Positions 1 to 10,098 of a stretch of DNA of 64,000 nucleotides are shown one piece after another (position 1 is the stretch's first letter; each line of letters begins with the position of its first letter). Position numbers and translations under genes: made by a program. The notes under the pieces are model-generated. The model saw only the letters and a program-made list of their open reading frames with translations, was not told where the DNA came from and made no database searches. The DNA lies in IMG/VR virus record IMGVR_UViG_3300044825_000904, positions 40,272-104,271 of that record; one strand, given 5' to 3'. The stretch is from a virus.

Positions 1-772
1 TTTCCAGACCATTTATAATTGAATTCCAAAGAGCTCCTCCCCAATTACCTTGCTCTGCTTTTTTCTTATAGTTTGCTACAGCTTTCTTTTTTAATTCAAG
101 ATTTGCTACATCAACCTCACTTGCTTGATTATTAAGTGCCTGAGATCTTTGGTTTAATTCCTCTTGTCTTTTTTGTAAGTCTTTTTGAAGTGTAATTAAT
201 TGGGGATCAGACGGATTAAGTTCAGCTAATTGCTGAAAAGAATTTAAGTCATCTTGAAACGATTTCGAGTCAGCATTAAATGCCTTGATATCAGATGCCA
301 CAAGTTTTGATTTCTCAATGACGCCTTTACTTAAAGCATTAACATCTTGTTTATTTTCTAACCAAGATTTATCTTTTAAATTATATGGTTTTGGTTTTTC
401 TGGTGCACGAAGAAGCTCGCCCTCGGTTGAAGGTAGTTCTTGTTTAGTAGGCTCTTGTGCTAAAAGTTTACTTCCTGATTGACCAAATGATGCCGATGGT
501 CCAGTTACTATCTGACCTTTGGAAACCGAAGAAGGCTTCGTAGTTTCCGAAGGAGTAGCTGAAACCATACCTTGAGTCTGGTCTTTTTTTTTTGACCAAA
601 ACTGGCCTACAAATTCTTGTTCAGATTTTGTATAAAGATTCTGCTCCTTTAAGGTATTATACAATCTCTTCTGTCCATCAGGACTACCGAACTGATTAAC
701 AAACTCATCATAAGATTTGGTATATAATTTGTCCTTACTTAATTGATCGTATAATCTTTTACCGTTATCCAT
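1..772 (-). CDS. Large internal virion/ejection protein, N-terminal part (runs off the window; absent from the ORF track)
   Basis: Manual translation MDNGKRLYDQLSKDKLYTKSYDEF... is open to base 1; twin KRLY..L....LYTKS..EFV.QF repeat; follows other ejection-type genes. Confidence 0.75.
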   Translation of the reverse strand, partial: MDNGKRLYDQLSKDKLYTKSYDEFVNQFGSPDGQKRLYNTLKEQNLYTKSEQEFVGQFWSKKKDQTQGMVSATPSETTKPSSVSKGQIVTGPSASFGQSGSKLLAQEPTKQELPSTEGELLRAPEKPKPYNLKDKSWLENKQDVNALSKGVIEKSKLVASDIKAFNADSKSFQDDLNSFQQLAELNPSDPQLITLQKDLQKRQEELNQRSQALNNQASEVDVANLELKKKAVANYKKKAEQGNWGGALWNSIINGLE

Positions 773-784
773 AAATTCTTGTTA

Positions 785-2236
785 TTATTTATCGTCCAAT
801 AGACCTGGTTTTTTATTCGTACCCTTGTAATCAAATAAGGTTCTGTTAGGATTATTGCCAGCTTGAACCCAATCTCTTTTTGCTGTTTCGGACGTACCAT
901 ATTCCTCGCCCATTCTATTGTCCTTTGTTAATCTTTGGTATATAGCATCTGGGTCTATTCGTATTCTATCATATGTTCCACCCACATTAGATCCCTTTAC
1001 TTTATTTCCGTTTTCGTCTTTTTTAAATATATTAAATCCAATTACATCATTACCACGTTTTAATGGTTCGACTATAACTGAACCTGTTGGGTACAATCCA
1101 GCTATTTCAGATAATACTTGTGGGTTTGTTGGGTCTTTTCTAAATGTTTCGGACATACCTACAGCGTGTCCATATAAATCTCTTCTTTTTGTTACAGCTT
1201 CAGGAGTTTTTTCAGCTTTATCCGGTTTAGGAGGTGCCCACCCAGCAGTCTCACTTTCCTTCTGCCCAACACCTACTTCAATTTGGTCTCTAACATAAGA
1301 CTGTGCTGCTTTCTTTTGAGTATCAGTAAGCACTGGAGTAAGAACCCCATTTACTCTTTCTGCAGAAATAATATTCTCAGCAAGCACTCCATTTGCTATT
1401 AATTGTTTTTTCTCAGCTTCTGTTTCCGCAAATTGGTATCCTCCTGCATAATCCATTAAAACACTAGCGGCTTTAAATGGCGTTACTGTTAATGCATTAA
1501 CTTGAAGTTCAAGTGCATTTTTATATGAAGAATTTTGTCGAGCATTTTCAATAAGTTCAATTCTACCTCCTCCGAGATTTTTAGCAATACCATAATCAGA
1601 TACACGCTTTAAGAATTCGGTAACACCATTATTCAAGTCAACTTTTTCATCAATAATATTATATTGATTAATCATTGACACTGGACTATATACATTAGTT
1701 GGTGCATCAACAAGACCTGTTTTAGGATTTACTTTAGCTCCATAAACACGTAATGTGTCTGGATTAACATAAAGTTTTCCGTCTTTAATATCAAGTTGTT
1801 GACCATATTTTTCTGAACGATATCTACCAAATCCAGACATTTTTCCGCTTGCATTCATTTTTTGAATGCCTTCCATAATCCCTGCATTATTTTTAAGGGC
1901 TTTTGATACATTACCCCAATCAGTCATAAGCGTATTTTTCTTCAGCTTATAATCTGCCATAGTAATGGCACCTTTCTTCAATAAATCGTATTGAGTTTTT
2001 AGTGCATTACGAGCTTCATCTACACCTTTATACAAATATTCATTTGTTGTTTGGTCTGTAGTACTTTCGTATTCACCAATTTTTTGAAAAGTTTCAGAAA
2101 AATCATTTTCAATTTTTTCTTTTTCTGCTTTTCTATCTTCATTTATCTTGTTATACTGATCAAATAACTGCGTACCAATCTTACCCCAATCTGTTGGAGG
2201 AACTTGATTGCCTACATATCCTGCGTATTCTGCCAT
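785..2236 (-). CDS. Putative internal virion (ejection) protein
   Basis: 483 aa, helical N-terminus, position after the nozzle and GNAT genes. Confidence 0.55.
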   Translation of the reverse strand: MAEYAGYVGNQVPPTDWGKIGTQLFDQYNKINEDRKAEKEKIENDFSETFQKIGEYESTTDQTTNEYLYKGVDEARNALKTQYDLLKKGAITMADYKLKKNTLMTDWGNVSKALKNNAGIMEGIQKMNASGKMSGFGRYRSEKYGQQLDIKDGKLYVNPDTLRVYGAKVNPKTGLVDAPTNVYSPVSMINQYNIIDEKVDLNNGVTEFLKRVSDYGIAKNLGGGRIELIENARQNSSYKNALELQVNALTVTPFKAASVLMDYAGGYQFAETEAEKKQLIANGVLAENIISAERVNGVLTPVLTDTQKKAAQSYVRDQIEVGVGQKESETAGWAPPKPDKAEKTPEAVTKRRDLYGHAVGMSETFRKDPTNPQVLSEIAGLYPTGSVIVEPLKRGNDVIGFNIFKKDENGNKVKGSNVGGTYDRIRIDPDAIYQRLTKDNRMGEEYGTSETAKRDWVQAGNNPNRTLFDYKGTNKKPGLLDDK

Positions 2237-2246
2237 GTTTGATTAA

Positions 2247-3158
2247 TTAAAAAGTAGAATTAGCATACCACTCATTGTTAATTGGATTCCATGCATACTG
2301 CTGGTCAAATGCACTTTGTGGTGCACGAAGTCCCGATAATTTAAAAGCATCATATTGTCCTTGAGCAGCTCTTAACCCTTGTAAATTTTGGTTATAATTA
2401 AAATTAGACTTCATTGCACTTTGAGCAGGAGTCATAATTCCTTGCGGCATCATTTTATTTAACTGTGGAGCTAATGCTTGTTGTGCATTAGTGCCAATTT
2501 GTTGAGTCTGCTGATTAGTTAATTGACTTTGATACGGCTTTAAATTAACTCCTGTTGTATCTTGTCCCCATAAAGGTTGGTCTTTCATATATTGACCAGC
2601 AAGATTGCCAGCTGTCTGAGCAATTCCTTGAATCCCCATGTTGATTTGGCTTTGTCCATAAGCAGCCGCAGCTTGAGCTCCTTCTAACCGTTGCTGTTCT
2701 AATCCTGATTTTCTAGCTAAATTTCTTTGTTCTACCCCTTGAGCATTTTGTGCTTGAGCTAAGTCACGTGCATATTGAGCTTGTTGAGCTTGTGCTGCTA
2801 ACTGTAAATCTTCTGCTTGACCTTGTTGGTTTAGTGCAGTAAGACCACCTAATACTCCAGCTGCACCAATATCCCTTAACCCTTGTAGCTGTTGTGCTTG
2901 TCTGGCTTGAACATTTTGTTGAGCCATTTCTAATCCAAGAGTAGGAACTTGCAAACTTTTAAATTTGTCAGCCTCTTGCATTTGGGCTAAAGATTGAGCT
3001 GCTTTGCTTGCTGCATCTTCTGCTTCTCCTTTAGCATTTGATCCTTGAATAATATTTAATGCAGAACCACCAGCAGCTACGGCTCCTGTGACACCAGCTG
3101 CTATTATAGGTGCTGTTAATGCTGTTCCAGCTATTAATGATGCTGTTATTGCTGCCAT
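2247..3158 (-). CDS. Putative ejection/pilot protein
   Basis: Hydrophobic Ala/Gly-rich N-terminus followed by Gln/Ala coiled coil. Confidence 0.6.
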   Translation of the reverse strand: MAAITASLIAGTALTAPIIAAGVTGAVAAGGSALNIIQGSNAKGEAEDAASKAAQSLAQMQEADKFKSLQVPTLGLEMAQQNVQARQAQQLQGLRDIGAAGVLGGLTALNQQGQAEDLQLAAQAQQAQYARDLAQAQNAQGVEQRNLARKSGLEQQRLEGAQAAAAYGQSQINMGIQGIAQTAGNLAGQYMKDQPLWGQDTTGVNLKPYQSQLTNQQTQQIGTNAQQALAPQLNKMMPQGIMTPAQSAMKSNFNYNQNLQGLRAAQGQYDAFKLSGLRAPQSAFDQQYAWNPINNEWYANSTF

Positions 3159-3159
3159 G

Positions 3160-3567
3160 TTATAATAATTTAATCATTTCTGTACAATTGGTATTTGATT
3201 TTGTAAATCCACATTTTTCGTATTTACTAACCAAACTCTTATTAATAAGACAAGTCCAAACAGCTTTATGCCCTGCATCCTTACAAGCCTGAGATATTGT
3301 TTCAATTAATAACTCAATAGCCTCGTGTCTATCCTTATCCTTATATTTAAAATTAGATACTATAAACTCACAAAATGCGATCCCTGAATTAGTGAAATAT
3401 GCAAAACCTGCACAAACATCCACATCTCCTTTTGAAATCATAAAACCACCTAATCCATTGTTGGGTAGCATTTCTTTTGGAGGGGCTTGCCATCTCCAAT
3501 CTTTCCACCATTTTACCAATGTATTATCGTAGTCACTTTCGTTTAGTAACCTAATATTAAATTTCAT
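3160..3567 (-). CDS. GNAT-fold protein of the podovirus tail/ejection module
   Basis: 135 aa, IRLL..SD start, AGFAY strand, YEKCGF near the end; T7 gp13-like position. Confidence 0.6.
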   Translation of the reverse strand: MKFNIRLLNESDYDNTLVKWWKDWRWQAPPKEMLPNNGLGGFMISKGDVDVCAGFAYFTNSGIAFCEFIVSNFKYKDKDRHEAIELLIETISQACKDAGHKAVWTCLINKSLVSKYEKCGFTKSNTNCTEMIKLL

Positions 3568-3571
3568 TCTA

Positions 3572-3579
3572 CAAATATA
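3572..3579 (-). promoter_or_regulatory. Bacteroidota -7 promoter element TATATTTG
   Basis: Matches TAnnTTTG, 4 nt before the ATG at 3567. Confidence 0.6.
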
Positions 3580-3588
3580 ATTAAATTA

Positions 3589-4317
3589 TCAAGGATAACT
3601 CTTGAATACGTCAGAAGTTACCATATACATTTCTGTGTAATCTGTATCGTTATTTGTAAACTCTACGCTCAAGTAAGTTCCCCTTGTTGGGCTAGACTCA
3701 GCTACCGGGCTCTTCTCGTAAAGAATAAAGCTACCATTTGTTGGTGCGGTCCCAGTCACACTCACGGTTACTGTAGTCGCAGTGTGTGCAGTGATTGTTC
3801 CAATTAACGTAAGTACGCCTGCGTTAACCCAATAAAGAACGTCTCCTGTGCTAATTATATCACCAATATTAAACGCAAACGTAAGTACACCTGCCGCATA
3901 CGTAGTCACATTACCTATGCCCTGTACAGATGTCATAGACACATCGCTATGTGTGGCTTCGTTACGTCTGATATAAGCGTACCAAGTACCTTCTTTTAAC
4001 GCATACCAATCTGCATCGATATACCCTTCTCCTTGGTCAGCTAAGATAGCTGTTTCCCAAGCAGTCGTTGAGTTGGTGGCTATTGTTTTAAATGACTTTG
4101 TTTGAGACGGCTCGTTATTAAATATGGTTGTTATTTTAGACGGGTACAATGTCCCATAGTAACTATTTCTAGTCGTATTGGAGTTATGCTTGTATAAATT
4201 ACCGTTCTTAAATGTGTACAAATAATTATTCATAGACACCATCCACTCTGGTAAATATGAGTGGTATGATGTCCATCCTGATAATCTCGGAGAATATGTT
4301 ATTGTATAGTTAGCCAT
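3589..4317 (-). CDS. Tail nozzle/stabilisation protein, C-terminal part as a separate gene
   Basis: YSPRLSGWTSYHSYLPEWM...TFKNGNLYKHN, KSFKTI, RGTYL..EF motifs. Confidence 0.65.
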   Translation of the reverse strand: MANYTITYSPRLSGWTSYHSYLPEWMVSMNNYLYTFKNGNLYKHNSNTTRNSYYGTLYPSKITTIFNNEPSQTKSFKTIATNSTTAWETAILADQGEGYIDADWYALKEGTWYAYIRRNEATHSDVSMTSVQGIGNVTTYAAGVLTFAFNIGDIISTGDVLYWVNAGVLTLIGTITAHTATTVTVSVTGTAPTNGSFILYEKSPVAESSPTRGTYLSVEFTNNDTDYTEMYMVTSDVFKSYP

Positions 4318-4324
4318 ATGCTTA

Positions 4325-4332
4325 CAAATTTA
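4325..4332 (-). promoter_or_regulatory. Bacteroidota -7 promoter element TAAATTTG
   Basis: TAnnTTTG 7 nt before the ATG at 4317. Confidence 0.55.
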
Positions 4333-4344
4333 CTTATTTTAATA

Positions 4345-7300
4345 TTACGGACAACTATAGAACGATGTTATTTGAATTGAACCATTATATCCAGGAGGAA
4401 CAGTAGTTTGTGTTAATGTGGCTCCTGTATAAGTATAGAACTTCTCTGTTGGATATGGCAATACATATCTTCTACCAACTGATCCAGGAACAATCGTAGT
4501 GTATGCATATCCTGTACCAGGAGAGCATTCTGATAACTCATAGTAAGTAGTTAATGTCTCACAACCCGTTTCTCCTGTAGGAGTAATTGCTAATAATGTC
4601 CCACCAGGGTTGTATTCTATTTCACCTGTAATAACATACGTACTACCCCCTGATGTAACTCTGTCATCTATGTTAAATATGCCGGTAGCATAACTTTGAG
4701 AGTTAGCAGTAGAGCTATCAAAGCAGTTAAACAATTGATACCAATAAGCAGCAGGAGTAGGACATCCTTGAAGTCCTGTAGGCTCAACATCTATTAAAAC
4801 TCCTGCAGGCTCTTCATGTAAAACCTCAATGATATTAAATGTAGAATCACCAAAAGTGACACGATCATTAAGTTCATAAGTACCTGCCGCATACTGAATT
4901 GTATATGGAGTACTAAATACATCACAGTTTAATAATTTATACCAATCGTATAATACCTCTTGACTGATATTTAATACTACATCATCAGCACAACTATTTA
5001 TTGTTATGTCTAAATCTCTAGCAGTTGTGGTATTTTCTGTAACTGTAACTGTAATCAATTGATTATTAGAACCAAATCTATCACTTAATGTAACCCAAGT
5101 GTTAGTCGGAACAGTTATCTCCCAATCAGAATTAGACTCAATGTAAAATGTTTTGCTCTGAGCCAAACCATCAAATGATAAAGATGTAGGTGTTACCGAT
5201 AATGAGCAAGTTTTAATTTGTCTATCATTATCTAACGCTAAAACATAATGCTCAAAGTATGGATCAAACATTCCTAGTTTTACTGTATTAGTATCTAAGT
5301 TTGCTTTAAACCAGTTCTTCATTCCTTGGGATGAGACCTCAAATAAACCATTAGGTTGTAATGCCATAACAGCACCACGTCTAGCGTCAGTAAAGAATAA
5401 ATCATTACCCCACTTAGTAAAACTTTCTGGGTTTAAACTAATACCATATTCTCCTTCGTAAGAAATTTGAGTACCCAATACCTCAGGAATAGATGCAACT
5501 ACGCCTCCACCTGTTGAATCACTCAATAAATTCTTACCATAAAGAACTTTAGATATCTTATTCTCTTGCAATACAACTAAATCTGTATCACGAGAGAATA
5601 GTTTTTGGATAGAACCAAAGAATCTATCTAAGTATTTAAAGTTTCCAAGTGATAAGTTAAACTCATTTAATCTATTAATTGCAGATGTCTGAGTATAAAT
5701 ACCGCTGTATGTAAGAGCTTGAACTAAAGTTTGCTGCTCATATCCCTCAATGGTAGAGTTTACACGTGGGCTAAACTGCATTGTTGCAGAATTCCACGCA
5801 TCCCTAATTCTAAAACTTTCAACACCATTACCAAAAGTAAATGCATTAAAATCAGAATTAAAGTCAAGTGTATTTAAATCTATTATCGCCGGAGCCCCCA
5901 ATGCAATATTCTGATTGTCAACATTTCCATAGTGATTGCCATCGATAATAGGATACGTTTGTGAAAGCTCATAGTATATATCTTGGTTAGTGTCAGTTGG
6001 AACAGTCTCAAATAAAGAAGGGAACTCAGATTGTTGTAACGAAAATTCCGTATCAATAGCTGGTTCTGCTCCTCCTTGATAAGAGTAGAAATACATATAC
6101 ACAGGGTAAGCTAAAGATGTCGAACTTATAGTTGATCCTTGCGATATACTTCCTGGTCTTCCCGAAGATAACTGTAAACCTCTTCTAAAACAAACATTTT
6201 TAGGACCAACATTTTCATCACTAGTTCCTAATGCAACCCATTTTTGGTATGCCCCATCCTCAACAAACCATTCTTCAATATTAACATAATCTCTTGTAGA
6301 GATAAATGTCTGGGTAATCCATTGGTCTGTCCCGTTTGTTTCTTTATACTTAAATGTTAATATAGCTCCCGCTTTAACAGGTCTATCTTCATCGTGAGCA
6401 GCAGTAGGGTCCCAATTATTTAATGTAAAGAATACTCCTGGTACAGGAGTATTATAATCTATGTAACCTCCGAATATATTTAAACATACTTCTGCTACAT
6501 TCCCTCTGCAATTAACAACCCAATAATCTTTAAATGTATATCCACTATTAGCCGCAAATCTAATAGAACAAGTTCCACCCGAATAGGTTAATACTTGGTC
6601 TGCAGCAGAGTTAATAGTAATTCCACTAGCAACTAAAACTTTATAATTACCATTTTGAGATGCGTAATATTTAAAAGTAGTTCCTGCAACATTATCAATT
6701 TCTACATAAAATCTAGTATCATTGTCTCCAGTGTATACATTAGATGCACCTGTAGTCATTGTATCTAAACCTGAACCGTAGAATATAGCATTCTCAGCAA
6801 CATTAAATCTATCAAAAACTAAAGTTGTAGCTGAACTAGGGTATCCTCCAACATTATAATCTTTATAATATGTTACAGGAGGTAACTCTGACGCTTCAAT
6901 TTTTAATTTAAAATATACACCTGCAGGCTGAACTGAATCAGCACTGTTTAAGAAGTTGGCATTTTTAGATTCAATATCTAATACTTTATATTGAACATTA
7001 GTATTAGTTGCAGCACTTTTTAAATACAAATAAGAACCAACCGATATTTTATCTTGGTCAGCTTGGTTAATTAAAAACCATTTAAACTGACCATCATTAA
7101 AATAAGTTAATGGGAATACATTATAATAGTCCTGCTTATCCTGCTTAATCATAAAGCGATAATGTGTAGCAAAAGATGGTGGCTGGTAAGTACCATCAAT
7201 TGTGATACGAATATTATTCGCATCAACAGCATTAACAGGAGGTATGTAAATTGTATTAGTATTATCTGTTGGTGTAATCACAGTAGTTGTTCTCCCGTAA

Positions 7301-8463
7301 TCATCCAAGTAGACAATACCAATCTCATAGTCTCTATTGCTTTTAAACGTAGGAGTAGGTGTTCCACTGACTACTGAATTAGATAATAGTGATACTGAGA
7401 AAGCTGGATTAATGGGTTCTTTGTTTTCCTTTAACAAATCAAAGAATTGAGTATAATTACCATATACCAATCTACTTCCAATTAACTCTTGAGACTTCGC
7501 CTTAATAGGCACGTTATCAAACAATCTATTTACTTGCTCAATTGGCAATAATGTAAATACTTTATTGTTTTTAAACTTATATTGATATTCCGAATCGTCG
7601 TCGTAATTATTTAGAGATTTAACTAAATTATCAATCACATAAGTATTAGTACTTAATGTATCTCTAAAAACCAACTGAATCTCTTTTACAGTTTTAGGCC
7701 CAGAGTTGAAAGTTATATCTGCTGTGTTAAAGTTGTTAACCATAGATACGTTCTCTGATACACCATAATCGTATGCATATTCTTTTGGAAAGAATGCTAC
7801 AGGTGAGAATGGAGATAGAGCACTATACTCGTTGTCTAAATATTTATATCTGTAAGAAAAGTATAAAAATTTATTCTCTAAGTTGTTAGCTTCACCCTGT
7901 GAATATAAATTAATTGTTGGTGCCGATAAAGGAGGAGCTAAGATAACATTGATGTCAGCCTCAGTAAATCCATTTACAGCATAATTCTTCGCACGATCAA
8001 TATTAATCCTGCGTGGAGGATTTAGATTGTCAGTCCAAAAAAGCAACCCGTTAATATAGTTGATACCTGTAACAAAAAACTCTTTATTAAAGCCAAGTTT
8101 TGAGGTTGTAGTAGGCGTTTTAGTTGCCTGAATAACAGGTGTTGTTAAATCTAATGTTTCATTGTATTCATAAATAGCATCCAAGTAATCAGATGCTACT
8201 AACCAATAGATACAATTGTTAGCCTCATAAGCAAGTGAACCAATACACATTGCATTGGTTAACTCGTAGTCCGTTCCCTTTAATACGTTACCTAAATAAT
8301 TTTGTGCTACCCCATTATGTGAGCCTTCTTCAGAAACAAATGTTCCATCAGAATCGCCCACAATAATATTGAGTGCATCTCTATATGCACCATCAGGTAA
8401 AAAGTGAGGGTCAAGATCTTTATTCATGACCCCCGAAAGGAAATTTCTTTGAAGTTCTATCAT
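4345..8463 (-). CDS. Tail nozzle/stabilisation protein with C-terminal BACON-like domain and three Cys-bracketed repeats
   Basis: F.SG.MNKDLD..FLP.G.Y.DALN, LFWTD.LNPPRRIN, RLVYGNY, YGIS.NPESF motifs; 1372 aa. Confidence 0.75.
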   Translation of the reverse strand: MIELQRNFLSGVMNKDLDPHFLPDGAYRDALNIIVGDSDGTFVSEEGSHNGVAQNYLGNVLKGTDYELTNAMCIGSLAYEANNCIYWLVASDYLDAIYEYNETLDLTTPVIQATKTPTTTSKLGFNKEFFVTGINYINGLLFWTDNLNPPRRINIDRAKNYAVNGFTEADINVILAPPLSAPTINLYSQGEANNLENKFLYFSYRYKYLDNEYSALSPFSPVAFFPKEYAYDYGVSENVSMVNNFNTADITFNSGPKTVKEIQLVFRDTLSTNTYVIDNLVKSLNNYDDDSEYQYKFKNNKVFTLLPIEQVNRLFDNVPIKAKSQELIGSRLVYGNYTQFFDLLKENKEPINPAFSVSLLSNSVVSGTPTPTFKSNRDYEIGIVYLDDYGRTTTVITPTDNTNTIYIPPVNAVDANNIRITIDGTYQPPSFATHYRFMIKQDKQDYYNVFPLTYFNDGQFKWFLINQADQDKISVGSYLYLKSAATNTNVQYKVLDIESKNANFLNSADSVQPAGVYFKLKIEASELPPVTYYKDYNVGGYPSSATTLVFDRFNVAENAIFYGSGLDTMTTGASNVYTGDNDTRFYVEIDNVAGTTFKYYASQNGNYKVLVASGITINSAADQVLTYSGGTCSIRFAANSGYTFKDYWVVNCRGNVAEVCLNIFGGYIDYNTPVPGVFFTLNNWDPTAAHDEDRPVKAGAILTFKYKETNGTDQWITQTFISTRDYVNIEEWFVEDGAYQKWVALGTSDENVGPKNVCFRRGLQLSSGRPGSISQGSTISSTSLAYPVYMYFYSYQGGAEPAIDTEFSLQQSEFPSLFETVPTDTNQDIYYELSQTYPIIDGNHYGNVDNQNIALGAPAIIDLNTLDFNSDFNAFTFGNGVESFRIRDAWNSATMQFSPRVNSTIEGYEQQTLVQALTYSGIYTQTSAINRLNEFNLSLGNFKYLDRFFGSIQKLFSRDTDLVVLQENKISKVLYGKNLLSDSTGGGVVASIPEVLGTQISYEGEYGISLNPESFTKWGNDLFFTDARRGAVMALQPNGLFEVSSQGMKNWFKANLDTNTVKLGMFDPYFEHYVLALDNDRQIKTCSLSVTPTSLSFDGLAQSKTFYIESNSDWEITVPTNTWVTLSDRFGSNNQLITVTVTENTTTARDLDITINSCADDVVLNISQEVLYDWYKLLNCDVFSTPYTIQYAAGTYELNDRVTFGDSTFNIIEVLHEEPAGVLIDVEPTGLQGCPTPAAYWYQLFNCFDSSTANSQSYATGIFNIDDRVTSGGSTYVITGEIEYNPGGTLLAITPTGETGCETLTTYYELSECSPGTGYAYTTIVPGSVGRRYVLPYPTEKFYTYTGATLTQTTVPPGYNGSIQITSFYSCP

Positions 8464-9360
8464 TTACTTAATCCACTTAGATTGGCCTCTCATGCTCATT
8501 AACAAGCGACCTGGGTGTAAATTACTTAATCTAATCTTTGCGTTTCTCCAATTAGAAACTTTTTCTTTGCGAGCTCGTGAAATAACATACTCAGGCTGGT
8601 TTGCCTTTGTGTTTAAGATAGCCCATTTAATGTATGAGTAAATATACTCTTCTGCTAACTTAGGAATAGTAATCTGAGCGTCGTCACCTGGATACAATCC
8701 GTCTGAAATATATTCTAATACAACAGAGCGATTAAACATACCTGAGCTAAAGTTAATAACTCCAGCTGCTTTGTCTACTCTAAATGTAGGGTTTACGTTT
8801 GCTACTTCAGTATTCAATCCATAAGCAGCACCGAATCCCCAAGTGAAATACCAAAGACCATCTACATACCAACCCCACTGATTATTGAATGGGCATAGCA
8901 TATAGTTCTCTCCATCAATACGAGACAAGTCTAGTTTAGATGTTCCTTGTAGGGCATTGCCTTGGTCATCAAATAAAATCTGATACTCATCATCCTGCAA
9001 AAATTCAATAGATGAATTAGCCTGAGGATTCTCAGTCATTGGGTATAAGTTTCCACCCCAAAATAAAGATACACGAACATAGTTCACGTAATCAGGAGGC
9101 AATATAAACTTAAGGTCATGTCCAACTTCTAACTGCAAAGCATTAATCTGACGATTACCATCGTAGTTTAATTCCTGTACAGCTCTTTTGGCGTGGAATA
9201 ATACCTTGTATCTGTTGATGTTATTCAACAAATCGCCATCATCTGTATACATTAAGATGAAGTTATTTACAACATCGCCTAATGTTACATTCTGATACGT
9301 GCCCCAATTGGCATCGGTAGGGGTGACCCCATCATTGGTATAATATTTCTCCTGATTCAT
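8464..9360 (-). CDS. Tail ring/adaptor (tubular) protein
   Basis: LP.DYVNYVR, LEYISDG, IPKLAEEY motifs; next to the nozzle gene. Confidence 0.65.
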   Translation of the reverse strand: MNQEKYYTNDGVTPTDANWGTYQNVTLGDVVNNFILMYTDDGDLLNNINRYKVLFHAKRAVQELNYDGNRQINALQLEVGHDLKFILPPDYVNYVRVSLFWGGNLYPMTENPQANSSIEFLQDDEYQILFDDQGNALQGTSKLDLSRIDGENYMLCPFNNQWGWYVDGLWYFTWGFGAAYGLNTEVANVNPTFRVDKAAGVINFSSGMFNRSVVLEYISDGLYPGDDAQITIPKLAEEYIYSYIKWAILNTKANQPEYVISRARKEKVSNWRNAKIRLSNLHPGRLLMSMRGQSKWIK

Positions 9361-10052
9361 TATTGTTGTTTTTGATCAGTGTATGCTTCTTCTGCTCTTG
9401 CCGCTTGAACCACATCCATTTCTCTAATGTTAACACCTGCATATTCACAAATCTTAACGACTAACTTAGGGAAGTCAGATATAGCCAACTCGAAATCTTG
9501 GTAGTCATTAGCCGATTGATTAAACAAAGGGCTACCGTTAACTACTGTATAAGTCCATTTAGGATCTAACGGGTATCTAACGTAATAGATATTAATGTTA
9601 TCCGTAATGGTATTCGGGTACACAGTAACTTGATTACCTTGCATAACATACGTAGGGTATGTTTCTGTAGGTGCTGTTAAATTGGAATTAAGCAAATAAT
9701 ATAATTTACCTTGGTCCACATGAGTAACCTCTTTACCATTATAGTATAATACATTTAATAAGAAAAAGTTTGCAGGTAAGTCGAATCTACTATCTCCTGA
9801 ATTGTATACCAAGTCTTCGTTCTTAGAGAAATAGTCAATAGTTTGGTCTATTTGCTTAGTGATATCGGAGTACCCACTGGTCTCCATACCCTTCATATCT
9901 TTTATCTTAGCCTGCTGAAAGTCAAAGAAGTATTGTTGGAACAATTCTAACTGAGCTTGCTTTGCAAAGCTGTTGAATTCTTCTGGTGTAATAAACCCAT
10001 TATTATCCTTATTGATAATATTTAGGACAGTATTTCGTACGGAATTTATCAT
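9360..10052 (-). CDS. Tail ring/adaptor protein (start moved to MINSVRNTV)
   Basis: NKDNNGFITPEEFN..A.QAQL motif; the longer track start crosses a terminator and promoter. Confidence 0.65.
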   Translation of the reverse strand: MINSVRNTVLNIINKDNNGFITPEEFNSFAKQAQLELFQQYFFDFQQAKIKDMKGMETSGYSDITKQIDQTIDYFSKNEDLVYNSGDSRFDLPANFFLLNVLYYNGKEVTHVDQGKLYYLLNSNLTAPTETYPTYVMQGNQVTVYPNTITDNINIYYVRYPLDPKWTYTVVNGSPLFNQSANDYQDFELAISDFPKLVVKICEYAGVNIREMDVVQAARAEEAYTDQKQQ

Positions 10053-10057
10053 AATGA

Positions 10058-10065
10058 CAAAGATA
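10058..10065 (-). promoter_or_regulatory. Bacteroidota -7 promoter element TATCTTTG
   Basis: TAnnTTTG 5 nt before the ATG at 10052. Confidence 0.6.
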
Positions 10066-10067
10066 AT

Positions 10068-10092
10068 AAAAAAAGGGCACTCAGTGTGCCCT
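10068..10092 (-). terminator. Intrinsic terminator
   Basis: AGGGCAC/GTGCCCT stem followed by a T tract on the minus strand. Confidence 0.75.
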
Positions 10093-10098
10093 CTTAAT

